A stretch of DNA of 64,000 bases, taken from Sphaerodactylus townsendi. Lineage: Eukaryota. The stretch lies in assembly GCF_021028975.2 (NCBI RefSeq), contig NC_059429.1, positions 139,190,001-139,254,000 of the forward strand. Direction: 5' to 3'. The notes below the pieces were generated by a model, which was not told the DNA's origin, ran no database searches, and saw only the letters and a list, made by a program, of their open reading frames with translations. Each line of letters opens with the position of its first letter. The stretch's first letter is position 1. This document shows positions 44,833-57,300 of this stretch, one piece after another. A program made the translations under genes and the position numbers.

Positions 44833-47486
44833 TAGTATTCCGCTCCCCAAACCCCACCCTCTCCAGCCTCCACACCCTCACCTCCAAATCTTCACACCTT
44901 TTGCAAGGTACAGCAGAACAGGAGGCAAAGGGGGAGGGGAGAGGTGAACTTTCCGAGTGAGGAATGGGGCCGAGTGACACCTTGCTGCGCTCCCAGGCCT
45001 GAGGCTGAGGGGTGGAGCAACCACAAGACAAAAGTCCCAGCAGCTCCTGGACGATTAATCGCATTTATTTCCACATGAGCTTTTGTGAGTCAGAGCTCAC
45101 TTCTCTGGGCAGGTGAGATGAGATGGGAAGATGACAGCATCTGTGTGTGGAAACAGAAGCATCAAGGTTTGGAGTGAAGCCTGTCAGGGAACTTCAAAGG
45201 GTGCGCTCCCCCTGCGGGGTCTGAAGCCGGATTAGCAGCTACAAAGAAGGGATGATGGATGAGAGGGGCAGAGGTCGGTGCCCAGAAGCCGGGGGATCAG
45301 GTGTCAGCGAACATCAGCAGATGCTGCCGTGAGGTTCTCCTCTGGTAAAACCTGTTAAGAGCAGCCAGTCAAAATGTCTGTCAATAGGTCTTGTGGGACG
45401 ACTCTAGATGGTCTCTGCTGGAGCTGGAACGGCCTGTGTGGGGCGGACTGATCAGGGCGCCCCCAGAGTCCTGCGTGCCGGTCGGGAGGCCTCACTTCCA
45501 AAAGGATGCAGGCAGAATGGAGAGTGGCCAGGGGGGGCCACCGAGACCACCGAGGAGCCCCAGGAGGAAAGGCTGAGGGAGGGGATGTTTTGTCTGGAGA
45601 AGAGGTGGGGGGGGGGGGAGCACGATGGCTCTCTTGCAAGCATTTTAAGGACCGGCACTTCGAGGAGGGCAGGGAGCTGTTCCTGTTAGCAGCAGAGCTC
45701 GCAATCGTGGGCTTGAATTAAGAACATAAGAACTAGCCTGCTGGATCAGACCAGAGTCCATCTAGTCCAGCCCTCTGCTACTCACAGTGGCCCACCAGGT
45801 GCCTTTGGGAGCTCACCTGCAGGAGGTGAAAGCAAGGGCCTTCTGCTGCTGCTGCTCCTAAGCACCTGGTCTGAGATGGGCAGAAATTATGGGCAGAAAG
45901 GCCCCAGCTGGAAATTCGGAAAACATTTTCCAGGCAGAGTAGTTCAGCAGTAGAATGGGCTGCCTGGGGTGGTGGTGAACTCCCCCCCCCCCAATGCCCC
46001 CACGAGCAATCGTGAAGCAGCACCTGGACAAACACTTGCCGCCAGGTACCTGAACCTGCATTCGGGGGGGGGGGGGCTGGATGGCCAGGTAGCCCCTTCC
46101 AGCTCTCTGATTCTTTGAGGTTATTTGACGAGTTCCAGTTCTTTCACATTGTATATTCCCTCTGAAGGGTTTTTAAAGAATTGAGCAGTACCTTCTAAGC
46201 CTTTAGCAGCATGTCCAGGGAGAGTGAGCCTCTGCCCTGCCCTGCCTCCTTTGCTGGTTTCTGGATGTTGTGAGTCCTTATGTCAGATTTGTGTCCACTG
46301 ATTCTCTTACACAGACACGTCTGTCCAGTGTGTCCAGCGGAAGGGCATTGCTGGCACGTGACGGCAGGGATTCAAGCCCTGGGTGGTGCAGCTGATGCGA
46401 CTAGGCCCCCAAACAGGATTCCCAGAGCGTATCCTGGGGCAAATCTGGCATCTAGGACGGCTGCAGGGTTTGCGTCTGTTGAAAGAGAAGGTGTTTTCAG
46501 TTGGGGGAGGGCTGCCTGTGAGCGAGGAGAGGCCCACCCCTCGGCCTGTGAAAGAGGAACGAGACGGCCTTTCCCTTCTGCAGGGACTTGGCTACCCATT
46601 TCTGTGCATGCTGGCATTTCCCAGGCAGCGGGGTTCAGGGGAAGCAGGAGCCAATCGTGGCTGAGGGGGCGGGACCTTGAGAGAGAGAGAGCGTGCACAC
46701 ATAAGGCCCTGCCCAGCAGGGAGACGGCTTGCTCCCGGGGGGCGATCAGCAGAGGGGCTTCTTTGGAGGGGGTGGATCCCCAAACCCAAGGCCGTTGGGA
46801 GGCAGTGTCTGCTTTAACAGGGGCCAGACAGTGATATAGTAGCAAGAACCAAGCAAGCGAATCTCACTGTTTTCCAGCCCACTTCTCTTCTGTCTGAGTG
46901 TCTGCGATGTCCTTCTCAGCTGTCAAATCACAGCTGACTTATGGGGACCCCCTCATGGCGTTTTCAAGGGAAGGGACGAGCAGAGGTGGTTTGCCACAGC
47001 CGGCCTCTGCATAAGTGCCCCTGGGACTCCTGGGTGGTCTCACATCCATGTGGTGGATTCCTGAGAGCTGGCGAGATTGGGCTGGCCGGAGCTGCCCAGG
47101 TCAGGGAGTCCATAACACGTCCCGTATTAATCCCCCTTCATTTTTACAACCATCCTTTTCCTTTCTCAGTTGTTATCATTTCCGAGGGGGGCCGTGTTGG
47201 TCAGCGGCAGGGCAGCCGGATCAGGGTCCAGGGGGGCCTCAGAGACCAACCAGGTTTTCAGAATAGGAGCTTCCAAGACTCAAAGTTCTCATGTCTGATG
47301 AAGTCTCCCAAAGATTCTACCCGCAGTCTCATGTTGGCCTCCAAGGTGCCACACTGGACTCGAACCCAGACACAAGGCTATCAACCATATCTTTGCATTA
47401 CAAATTCCACCCAAACACCTACTGATTGGTCCCCCACCCTGGGACATGGACAAAATGAACCCCAAACATTCCCTTCTCTCTGGACA

Positions 47487-47612
47487 CAGGGTACAACAGA
47501 CTTCTCTCTGTGATGCACCTCTGAAGATGCCAGCCACAGATGTAGGCAAAACGTTAGGAACAAGATCCACCAGACCACGGCCACACAGCCTCCCGGAAAA
47601 CCCACCACAACC
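47487..47612 (+). mobile_element. Penelope-type repeat with a mutated hammerhead core (47518-47558)
   Basis: CCTCTGAAGATGCCAGCCACAGATGTAGGCAAAACGTTAGG; the GAAA core has changed to AAAA. Confidence 0.65.
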
Positions 47613-48036
47613 TGTCAAACCCAGCTGTTTGATTATGATAGTATTTGCTTAATAAACTTGTCTCCTTTTTCTCTCAGTCTGCCTCCTGTTTGGCTGTACA
47701 GAAGGGCACCACCTGACCAAAGAGGGAGCTGGCCGAGGGGGGCAGGGGGCAGGGGGGGTGTTCTGAGGGCTCCCCAGCAGCCCTTGAGCCAGAGTGGTGG
47801 CAGCCAGTGGTGGTCCCTGCCTGCTCCGGGGCTGAAGGGGTCAGCAGCTGTGTAGGGCTGGTGGGCTCCTTGGAAGGAGAGGGACACACAGCCAAAACAA
47901 AACCACACCCTCCCCACAACACACCAGACACCCAAGGCTTATTCTGCTGGGTGAAGGATTTTAATAGTAGTCGTGCCGGAGTAGCACGTCCTCCAGGCTG
48001 GCCTGGAAACGGGACAGCCGCCCCCCCGCCCCCAAA

Positions 48037-48313
48037 TCACTGGGAGGCGGGAGGCGTGATCTGCATGAGCACAAAACCCTTGACATGGTGGAATTTGTTG
48101 CAGGAGAAGTCCACGTGCAGCTGCATCCCTCCGGCGGTGCGGGGTGTGAACTCAAAGTAGATTTTGGATTTCTCCCCAGGCGCCAGTCCGGCCACACTAA
48201 GCAGGGGGGAAGAGAGAGGAAGAGAGATGGTGAGGGAGCCAAAAGGGGCTTTCAGGGCAAGGGAAGTTCAGAGCTGGTTTGCAAAAAAATTGTGAAAAGA
48301 GGGGGAGGTCTGG

Positions 48314-48352
<39 letters not shown>

Positions 48353-51300
48353 CCCTGCATTCAGGGCCACATCTGGCTCCGTCACTGACAGCTGGCAGGC
48401 TTTTTAATGTTTCGTTAAAAACGACTGAACCCACGACACGGCCCTGGTCCGTCAAGGCCGGTCTGGCAGTGGCTCTCTGGGGTCTCAGGCAGGGGAGGGG
48501 CTTCCACACCACCTACTGCCCAGCGGTCCCTTTAACTGGAGATGCTGCCACCGGGGATTGAACCGGGCACCTTCTGTGTGCGAAGCGGAGGCTCTGCCGC
48601 TGGGCCCCCCCCCCCCCCCCCCCGGTCCCTTGTCAGCATGCCTGGAGAGCCAGCGTGGCGTCCTGGCTGAGGGCAGCTGGTTTGCTCCCCCCACTCTTCC
48701 ACGTGAACGGTGGACTCTCATCTGTAGAAGCTGCATCTACTTCTGCACTCCTGTTCCTACAAGCGGTACCTTGGGGGCCGGGTCAATATGGTCTCCCCCT
48801 AGTTTGCCCTGCCTCTGCCAAGCGGTGTCTGTTGTGGGGGAAGGGAGTCTGAAAGCCCCTTTGAGTCTCCTTCACAAGAGAGGAAAGGGAGGGGCACACG
48901 TCCCAAGTCCTGTGTTCTGTTCATGTTGAAACCCGACTATGCCTATGTATGAACGGCCAATTAGAACGAGGGCCAGAAGTCCTCTTGGGGCGAAGGGGAA
49001 GGAAAGACAAGCGGGGGGGATGGGGGGGCAAGGAGTTCTGGCACCATCCTAGGAGGAGGCTCCCTGGAGACCTGACTGTGGTGGGGGGGTGGGGGGTGTA
49101 AGTCCTTCCTGGGTCCGGGTGGGAATTGGTGTTTGGAATATGCTGCCACAGGAGGTGGTGATGGCCACTAACCTAGATAGCTTTAAAAAGGGCTTGGACA
49201 GATTTATGGAGGAGAAGTCACTCTATGGCTACCAATCTTGATCCTCCTTGATCTCAGATTGCAAAGCAATCTTAGCAGACCAGGTGCTCAGAAGCAGCAG
49301 CAGCAGCAGAAGGCCATTGCTTTCCCATCCTGCCTGTGAGCTCCCAAAGTGGTGGGCCACTGCGAGTAGCAGAGTGCTGGACTAGATGGACTCTGGTCTG
49401 ATCCAGCAGGCTCGTTCTTATGTGGGGCGGGACTTGGCGCTCTCCCCCCTCCCTCCCCAGAGGCACCTACTTGATCTTGACGGCCTTGCCCATGAGCGTC
49501 ACCAGCAGCACGCAGTCGTCCACCGGCTCCGGGAGGGGGTTGGTGTAGGAGATCTCCACCGTGGTGGGTAGGTTGACTTCCACTTGCGGGGGAACCTGCA
49601 GCGGGACAGGGGAGGGAAGGGAGCCACTTGGGTCAGGCCTCCGGGAGAAAAGGGGGCTGTGCAAAACAGACCCCCACCCACCCACCCACGCACCCACCCC
49701 CGCCGCCCTGTGCTCAGGAGCAGGTCGAAGGCTGAGCAGGCAGGCCAAGGCCGAGGCTCCTGGGGCACCCGAGGGAAGCATGGCCGGTCTGGGCCTTCTC
49801 CTGCAGCTCAGCTTCCGCAGAGGCCCGGCCAGACTCCTAGAAGGGCTGTGCTGAGCCAAAGCTGGCCCTTCTGGTGGCCTTCTGCAAGGGCCTTCTGCCG
49901 CAGCAGCTGTGGCCAAGAGGGGCTTGAGGGAAGAGTTGCTTGACTTGGGGGAGGGGGGCCCCTCTTGGAGGTCTTCCCACCTGTTCAAGAGCCACCCCCC
50001 ACCCCCCGCAGCCAACAACAGAGAGTCCTTCGACTCCACCCACACACTGGAGCCCCCACCGGACTGCTGCTGCGTTTGCCTTGGGCCAAAGTTCTGGAGG
50101 TGGCCGAGAAGCGGCAGGTCTCTACTCTGTGCTTGGAAGCTGCTGGGAGCACGGAGCTTCCTTGTGGGGGGGGCACGCAGTTATTTCCCCGGCCCTTTGC
50201 TGCCCCCAGCCTTCAGCCCCCCCCCCTCTGCACACGCTCCCCTGGGCTTTTTGTGCTATCAGCTCACAGCCAATTGGTGGCCCTTTCAAGGCCAGATCGC
50301 TTCAGAGGCAGCGGTGGGAATTCAAATAATTTAACAACCGGTTGTTTACAAGCACAATTTTAACAACCGGTTCTGCCAAAGTGGTGCAAACCTACTGGAT
50401 CCCACCACTGTTCAGAGGTGCTGCAGAAGATTCCTGGGAATCACTTGCAGGAGGAAGGCAGGGCTTGTGGGATGGGAGGGAACCACTCGTGGGGGAGGGG
50501 GCTCCCACCTGTAGACGTCCACACATCCGTGGCCCTTGCACCTCCTCAGGGGACAGGTGTGTCTTTCTGGATTACGTCAACGCAGACACGCCCTTCCTGG
50601 CCTGGCGGATGATTTCCCCGCGGCGGGCGGAAGGAGGAGTCGTGCTGGGGGGGAGAGCGGCTCTTACCGTGATGGAGATCTCCGGGCTCTCCAAGGTGAT
50701 GGCCTTCTCCACCAGCAGCTTCACGCCCTCCAGCACGTCACACAAGGCCGTCACCAGGATCTTCTTGTCGTCCGTCAGGGATGCGCCGTAGTGGCCGTAG
50801 GTGATGCGCAAGGGGATGTGCTTCTCTGCAAGGGGGAGCAACCACCTGTCTCCAGCTGCACGGTCACCTGGCGGCCACGAGGACCAGCCCCCCCCTCCCT
50901 GCCAGCAGCCCTCCCTCTGGGGGCCACGGCCACCCCTCCTTCTCCCTCCTGTTCCCCTCAACTACTCCTTCCCCTCTGCCCCCAGCGGGGGAACGGAGAC
51001 CCACTGTTTCTTCCCAACATGGAGGTCCAATGGCCAGCCTCTGAGACCCCTCCCTGAATCTTGACGAGAACAGTGTGGGCTGCTTCCACCTGGGGATTTT
51101 GCCAGGGGTTTTCCTCCCCCCACTTCTTGGGGCAGCTTACCCACAATGCCACGCTCATTCAGAGTACAACCTGCGCTGCTCAACCTGCAGCAAAGCACAC
51201 ACACCCCCACCTCCGCAAAGGGGAGCGGCAGAGCACTTGTGAGCAGACCACCCACGCAGACCCTCTCTCCGCAGCCCATCCATGCCATCCCCACACAGCT

Positions 51301-54300
51301 CCCCCCTTCTCACGGATGCCTTCACTGGGAAGAGGCTGTCCATCCCGTCCATCCCTCCCCTGCAAGCATCTCAGTACTGCCAAGCACTGCCAGCCAGCTC
51401 AACCACAGGGGCCCTCCCCTTGGCCCTCCCCTGGGACGGTCGCCTGGAAGTGCTCTCCTTCCCTTGGCCCAGCAGCCCAGTTGAGCTGGACCAGTGACCA
51501 GGCTGCCCGTCCCCAAGCAGCGGCTGCCCACCTTCGCAGCTCGCCTTGGCCTGGGCACCAGGGCTGGCTGAGCACCAGGGCTGCCTCCCCCTCCGGCCCC
51601 AGGGCTCAGCACTGCTTGCTGCTCCCCTCTCTGGAAGCCTGACCCCGCCTCGGGCCAGCTTCCTCACCAGGAACCCGGGGGTTTGCCTGAAGCAGGGCTG
51701 GTAGCGGGTGCGTGCGTGTGTGCGTGTGTGCGTGCGTGCAACAAAGATTCCCATTCAGAGGGAAGGTGGGTGGTGGCAACTTGTGGAGACATTTCTGCCC
51801 TCTGTCCATGCTCTCCTCTGCAGTCATTACCTGTCCAAGGGGCTGAACACCTGAGGGAGGTGCCCCCCATCTCTCCTGGGCTGAGATTCCAGGGCTTCCG
51901 TGGGGCCCAGGGAGGACTGCAGGGCACACGGGGGCCAATCTGCTGCCTGGACTTATCCCACTGGAGCCACCCCCTGCCCCTCGTCGCCCAGCAGAACCAG
52001 TTAAGTTTCCCCAGTTTCTGGGGGGTTGTTTCAGGTCACGACAAGACATCTTGCGTGCGTGCGTGCGTGCGTGCGCGTAGCCCCTTCTCCGACTGCACGG
52101 CAGTGCTGACCACCAGGGCCCCCCAGTCTTCATGCACATGAGCCCTGAGGAATCTGGGCGGGAGAGGAGCCAGCAGGGCTCTCTGGGGGCCAAATGCGGG
52201 GGACGTGTGTTTGACAGGCTGGGTCTGGGTTCTCTTGGTCCTGGACGGGGGTTCCCACAACAGCTGAAGGGAACATCGCCCTTTAGACCTTTGGGAGCCA
52301 ATTTGACTCAGAAACAAAGAGATGGGGAGGGGTTTCCTGACCCCCCCCTTTCCCCCCCAGCCTTTACTGCCTAATCAGGGTATTATCAGGTGCATAACTT
52401 TTGGGCTGTGCATCTTGGAAAACTGCTTGCCAGCTCCACAGTTACACAAACGGTTCTGCACGGAGGCCGCTTCTGCTCGGGAAAAAGGAGCGGGAGGGGG
52501 GAGCCCCTGCTGCCCCCACGCCACTGTCCTGAGTCTCCGTGGCTCCTGCGGGTGTCCACAGTGACACGTTCCCTGCAGCCGCTGTGTGACTGAGGGGGCC
52601 ACCAGCTGGGCCCACGGGAGACTAGGCACAACCTGGTGAGCTGCATATTGTGTTGCTTGCCCCGGCCCCCGGCCTTTCCAAGGGGGCATGCAAGTCCACC
52701 AGGCACCCTGGGCAGGGCAGACCCTTCCTCATAAGCAACATCACAACAAGAGCTTCCCGTGGCTCTGGCTCTGAGCGCCTGTTACCTTCTTGGGAATCCA
52801 AATGGACCGTGGTGGATTCCTTCAGGATCTCTTGCACTGCCGTGCGCGTGTAGAGGACGGTCGACACGCTCAGGTTCACCGTGACTGTCTTTGGCAGCAG
52901 AGACAAGTTGGCCATGGTGAGGATGAGTTCAACGTCCTTGCCCAGCACGGGGGGCTGAGCCAGCCTGAACTTCCCGTAGAGCTCCGGGTGCGCGCTGAAG
53001 TTGGCCGACTCGCCCTCGAGGGTGCTCCGGGGCCCGCTGCTGGATCGCGGCAGCTTGGAACAGGCCTTCTTGTAGACATTCCTCTCCTCCGTGGAGCCTG
53101 CAGGGGAAAGGGGAACGTCAGCCTGAAGCCCCCGGCCCCCTGCCTGGCCCCCAAAGCCCCCAAACTGCTGAGCAGTCCCACCCAATTTATTTATTTATTT
53201 TTATTTATTAGTCAGATTTTTATACCGCCCTATCCCAAAAGGGTACAACACAAACTTCCCCACGCAAATAACCCAACCCAACCCCAGAACAGGTGGAGCA
53301 AATGGCAGTACAAATAAATAATTTACAGATAATAAATACCCAACTCCATTTGCGATCAGCTAAAAATCCACTAAAACTACAGTTAATACAGTAACAATAA
53401 AACGGCGCCCAGCAAATATCGAATTTAAAACCCTCCCCAAGAGGGAAGAGCGGCGGGTCCCACTGATGCTGAGGGAGCTTGTGGGTTTCACAGGAAGCCG
53501 CCTGGGACTGAATCAGCCCACCGGACTAGCCGGACCAGTCTTCTGTCCAAGGTCACAAAATCTCTTCCTGTCACCTGCTGCTCCCTGGTCCTTTCACCTG
53601 GAGATGCCTGGGACCGAACCCGGGACCTTCTGCACGCCAAGCAGGCGCTCCGCCCCTGAGGCACACGGCCCCTGCCCAGCACACAAAGCCGCCTATCACT
53701 GGATCAGACCCAAGGTCAGCCCTGCCGGCTCAGAGTGGCCGCGGCTCTCGCAGGGGGTCCCGGGCAGAGAAGGGGCTTCCCCACATTCTCCCGCGTCCCT
53801 TTCAGCAGCAGATGCCAGGGACTGAGGAGCCTGGGACGCCCGGTCGGCCAGCCATCGCCCCGTGGCCCCGTGGCTCTTCAGAGGTTGCACGGGGGGGGGG
53901 GGGAGTCTGGCTTTCTCTCACCTGCTCCCACCTGCTCCCTTGCACCAGGAGGAGGAAACCAAGCAGAAAAGAGCGCAGCTGCAAGTGCCAGGCTTTTGGC
54001 AATCAATGCAAGGCTCCTCCCAGGGAACTCCCCCGACGCAGACTGCAAGATGCCCCCCCCCCCCAATGTGGGATGAGGAGCTTCCTCACTTATGGGGTTT
54101 CTGGAATTTCCCCTTGAGCTGCAGCAGTGCGAAATCTCTGTCGCTCTGGCTCAAAATGTTGGGATAGGAATGCTGCAAATTTCTCAGTGAACTTGCTTGG
54201 CAGACAAATTTATTGGATGCTCACAATCAGGCTACGTGGTGATTGGGGATATGTTCAGATTGCACGGAGCTGAGCAAATCTGGCCAGAAGTCGACTCACA

Positions 54301-57300
54301 GCTGATTGGGGGACCAGCTTCACAGAAAGGGAGCTTTTCCACCTCTTGCAAGCAAGTCAGGGGCAGAAGCCGTGCTTTGAACCCGTTTTGATGTTTGCAT
54401 TGCACAAGGGGGGTGGGGGGAAAGGGGAGGTTTCCCCCTTTGTGTGACTTTTGCGATGGTGGCAACTGCCTGGGCTGCCCCACTGAGGAAATGGCCAGAG
54501 GGACAGACCAGGGGGAGTTGCAGTCCTGGGAATGTCTTCCCCAAGGGAGATCTGATCTCCCAGCAGACCCCAGTGGATCGGAAGAGTCATTTCCGGATTA
54601 CAACACAACTCCTTTGGAAAGCTTTAGCACAAGTGCAGTGGTGTGTCAAACTATGTCCAGCAGCAGAAGACCTGGCTGCTTCATAGCTCAGCTGGTGCCT
54701 CAGATGGCACCCCGGCAGTTCTGTTGTGGGGGTTCCCAGCCCCCCCCCCCATGCCCTCCATCACCCCAGATGATTGTCCTGCAAAATCTTCCAGGTGATG
54801 CTGGAGGTCAAGAGCAGAGAGTAGAGGCAGCAGCAAGGTGACTCCAAGGAGCACCAGGGGCCCCCACCACTGACCTTCTGGGTACTTGTAATTGTGGGTG
54901 ATGTCCACTCGCTGGTTGCTGTCCACGGCTTTGGTGCTGATGTGAACGCCGATGGAGCAAGTGTCGCAATAAGCTCGGACCTTGGATCCATCTTTATTGA
55001 CAACGTATCGGTTGATGTCCGCGTTCACTTCTGTGTACACGAAGGTCGTGTCGTAGGACAGCTGTATTTCCCCTTGCTTCACGGCCTGGACAGACGTTGG
55101 TCCGCACTGATAGACCCCTATGAGGACAATGCCGGAGTCAAGGCGCAGCTGGGCAGAGAAAGCGGGGGCCTTCCCAACTACAGACCCCAGGGGGGCTTTC
55201 CTCACCTTGGCTCCTCTCCTGCGGGGTGGCGTCAATCACCTGCCATCCGCTGTACGTCGTCCCGAGGTCTCTTCGCACAAACCAGCCTTCATTCCAGACG
55301 TGATAGTCCCTGGAGACAGGAGAGAGCGGAAGGGCGGGTGCCTGTCACCAGCCGCCACGGGGGGGGGGGGGGGCTGCCTGGTGCTGCTGACAGAGACGCC
55401 CGGCTGGGGGCATGTTCCAAGGGAGCCCCCACCCTCTCCTGGGCTGGGAACGAGACCTGCGTCCCAGAGGCGCCCCTGGGAAGAATGGCCAGCCCAGCCG
55501 GGTACCTGCAGCCGCACCGGGAGGTCCTGGCAGAGGCCTCGTGTCATTCTGGCTGGGTCCTCGTGTACTGTAAAGCTGGTGTGGCAAAGAGTGCCACTGA
55601 ACGTGGTCATTCTGCCAGACCAACAGACCTGAGGTTGCCCTAACGGGGCCCTCTGCTTGCCTGCCTGGGCCAGCCACCCGTGCTATCAGTCACAGACCAG
55701 GAAAGGGATTTGGGCGTCTTAGTGGATAGTTCCATGGGAATGTCAACTCAATGCGTGGCAGCTGTGAAAAAGGCAAACTCTATGCTGGGGATCATTAGGA
55801 AAGGAGTTGAGAATAAAACTGCAAGGATTGTCATGTCCTTATATAAAGCCGTGGTGCGACCGCACTTGGAGTACTGTGTTCAGTTCTGGTCGCCACTTCT
55901 CAAAAAGGATATCGAAGAGATAGAAAAAGTGCAGAGAAGGGCAACAAGGATGATTGAAGGATTGGAGCACCTTCCTTATGAGGAGAGGCTGCAGCGTTTG
56001 GGACTCTTTAGTTTGGAGAGGAGGCGGCTGAGGGGGGATATGATTGAAGTCTATAAAATTATGCATGGGGTAGAAAATGTTGATAGAGAGAATTTTTTCT
56101 CTGTTTCTCACAATACTAGAACCAGGGGGCATCCATTGAAAATGCTGGGGGGAAGAATTAGGACTAATAAAAGGAAACACTTCTTCACTCAACGGGTGAT
56201 GGGTGTTTGGAATATGCTGCCACAGGAGGTGGTGATGGCCACTCACCTGTATAGCTTTAAAAGGGGCTTGGACAGATTTATGGAGGAGAAGTCGATTTAT
56301 GGCTACCAATCTTGATCCTCTTTGAACTGAGATTGCAAATGCCTTAACAGACCAGGTGCTCGGAAGCAACAGCCGCAGATGGCCGTTCCTTTCACATCCT
56401 GCATGTGAGCTCCCAAAGGCACCTGGTGGGCCACTGCGAGTAGCAGAGAGCTGGACTAGATGGACTCTGGCTTGTTCTTATGTTCTTATGTTCTCATCTT
56501 GGGAGGTCCCTCTGGAACCTAAGCCCTGGAAAGGTTATGAAGCTGGCTTTTGGGGGTGAACGTCAGGCAGAGTGGCAGGATCAGGCCATGCCCTGGGCAA
56601 GTAGAGCCCCCTCCATTTTTGGGACTCTCCAGCTGTGCAGAAACACACTCGTTTGGAAATGGCCAAGCGGATCTGGGACCAGGCGACTGGTCTGCTTCGA
56701 ACTCCAACCAGCAGCCATTTCCCAGAGAGGGAGAGCAAGATGAGGAGGGGGCACGTTAAAATGTAGGATCTTGTTATCTTAATTTCCCCTCCTTGCTGCC
56801 AGTCCCGCCAGATGCCGCACGCTCCTGAGGCCACTGACTCCTTTGAAATGAAAAATGTCCTGGCAGGGAGGTGACTTCGGATTGGAGTGTTTTTTTCCCA
56901 AGGGCTCTTTAAGCTGCAAAGAGGGTTGGAATGAGGATCCAGGCATGTTGACCACGAGGCACGCAAGACTCCTCCCCGCCCCCCCCCCGCCCGCTGCCTT
57001 CCAGCTCCACTGTGTCACTCGGGATTGGGACTGTCTGGAAGAGCAGCGTCTTGCCCGCGGGGCCCTGAAGCGTCATGCCAGAGAGCGCGGGTGCTGCCAA
57101 TCAGGGCCGAGTGAGCAGAAAGCTCTTCCTCTGGAAAGTGGCTGTGCTGCAAAATAGGGGCATTTATCTCCTCCCCCCCCCCACGCACAACCCCCCCCCA
57201 GGGGCTACTTTAAGAAGAAGAAGAAAAAGAGTTGGTTTTTCTACCCCATGTTTTTCTACCTTTAAGGAGTCTCAGAGTGACTTCCAATCACAATCCCCAC

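Noticed and set aside
45075-45112. Hammerhead-like remnants of other Penelope families (also ~47293-47330 and ~59205-59240)
   Set aside because: Catalytic cores are too degenerate to call.
48520-48606. tRNA gene
   Set aside because: The A/B boxes belong to a SINE head; no acceptor stem or full cloverleaf.
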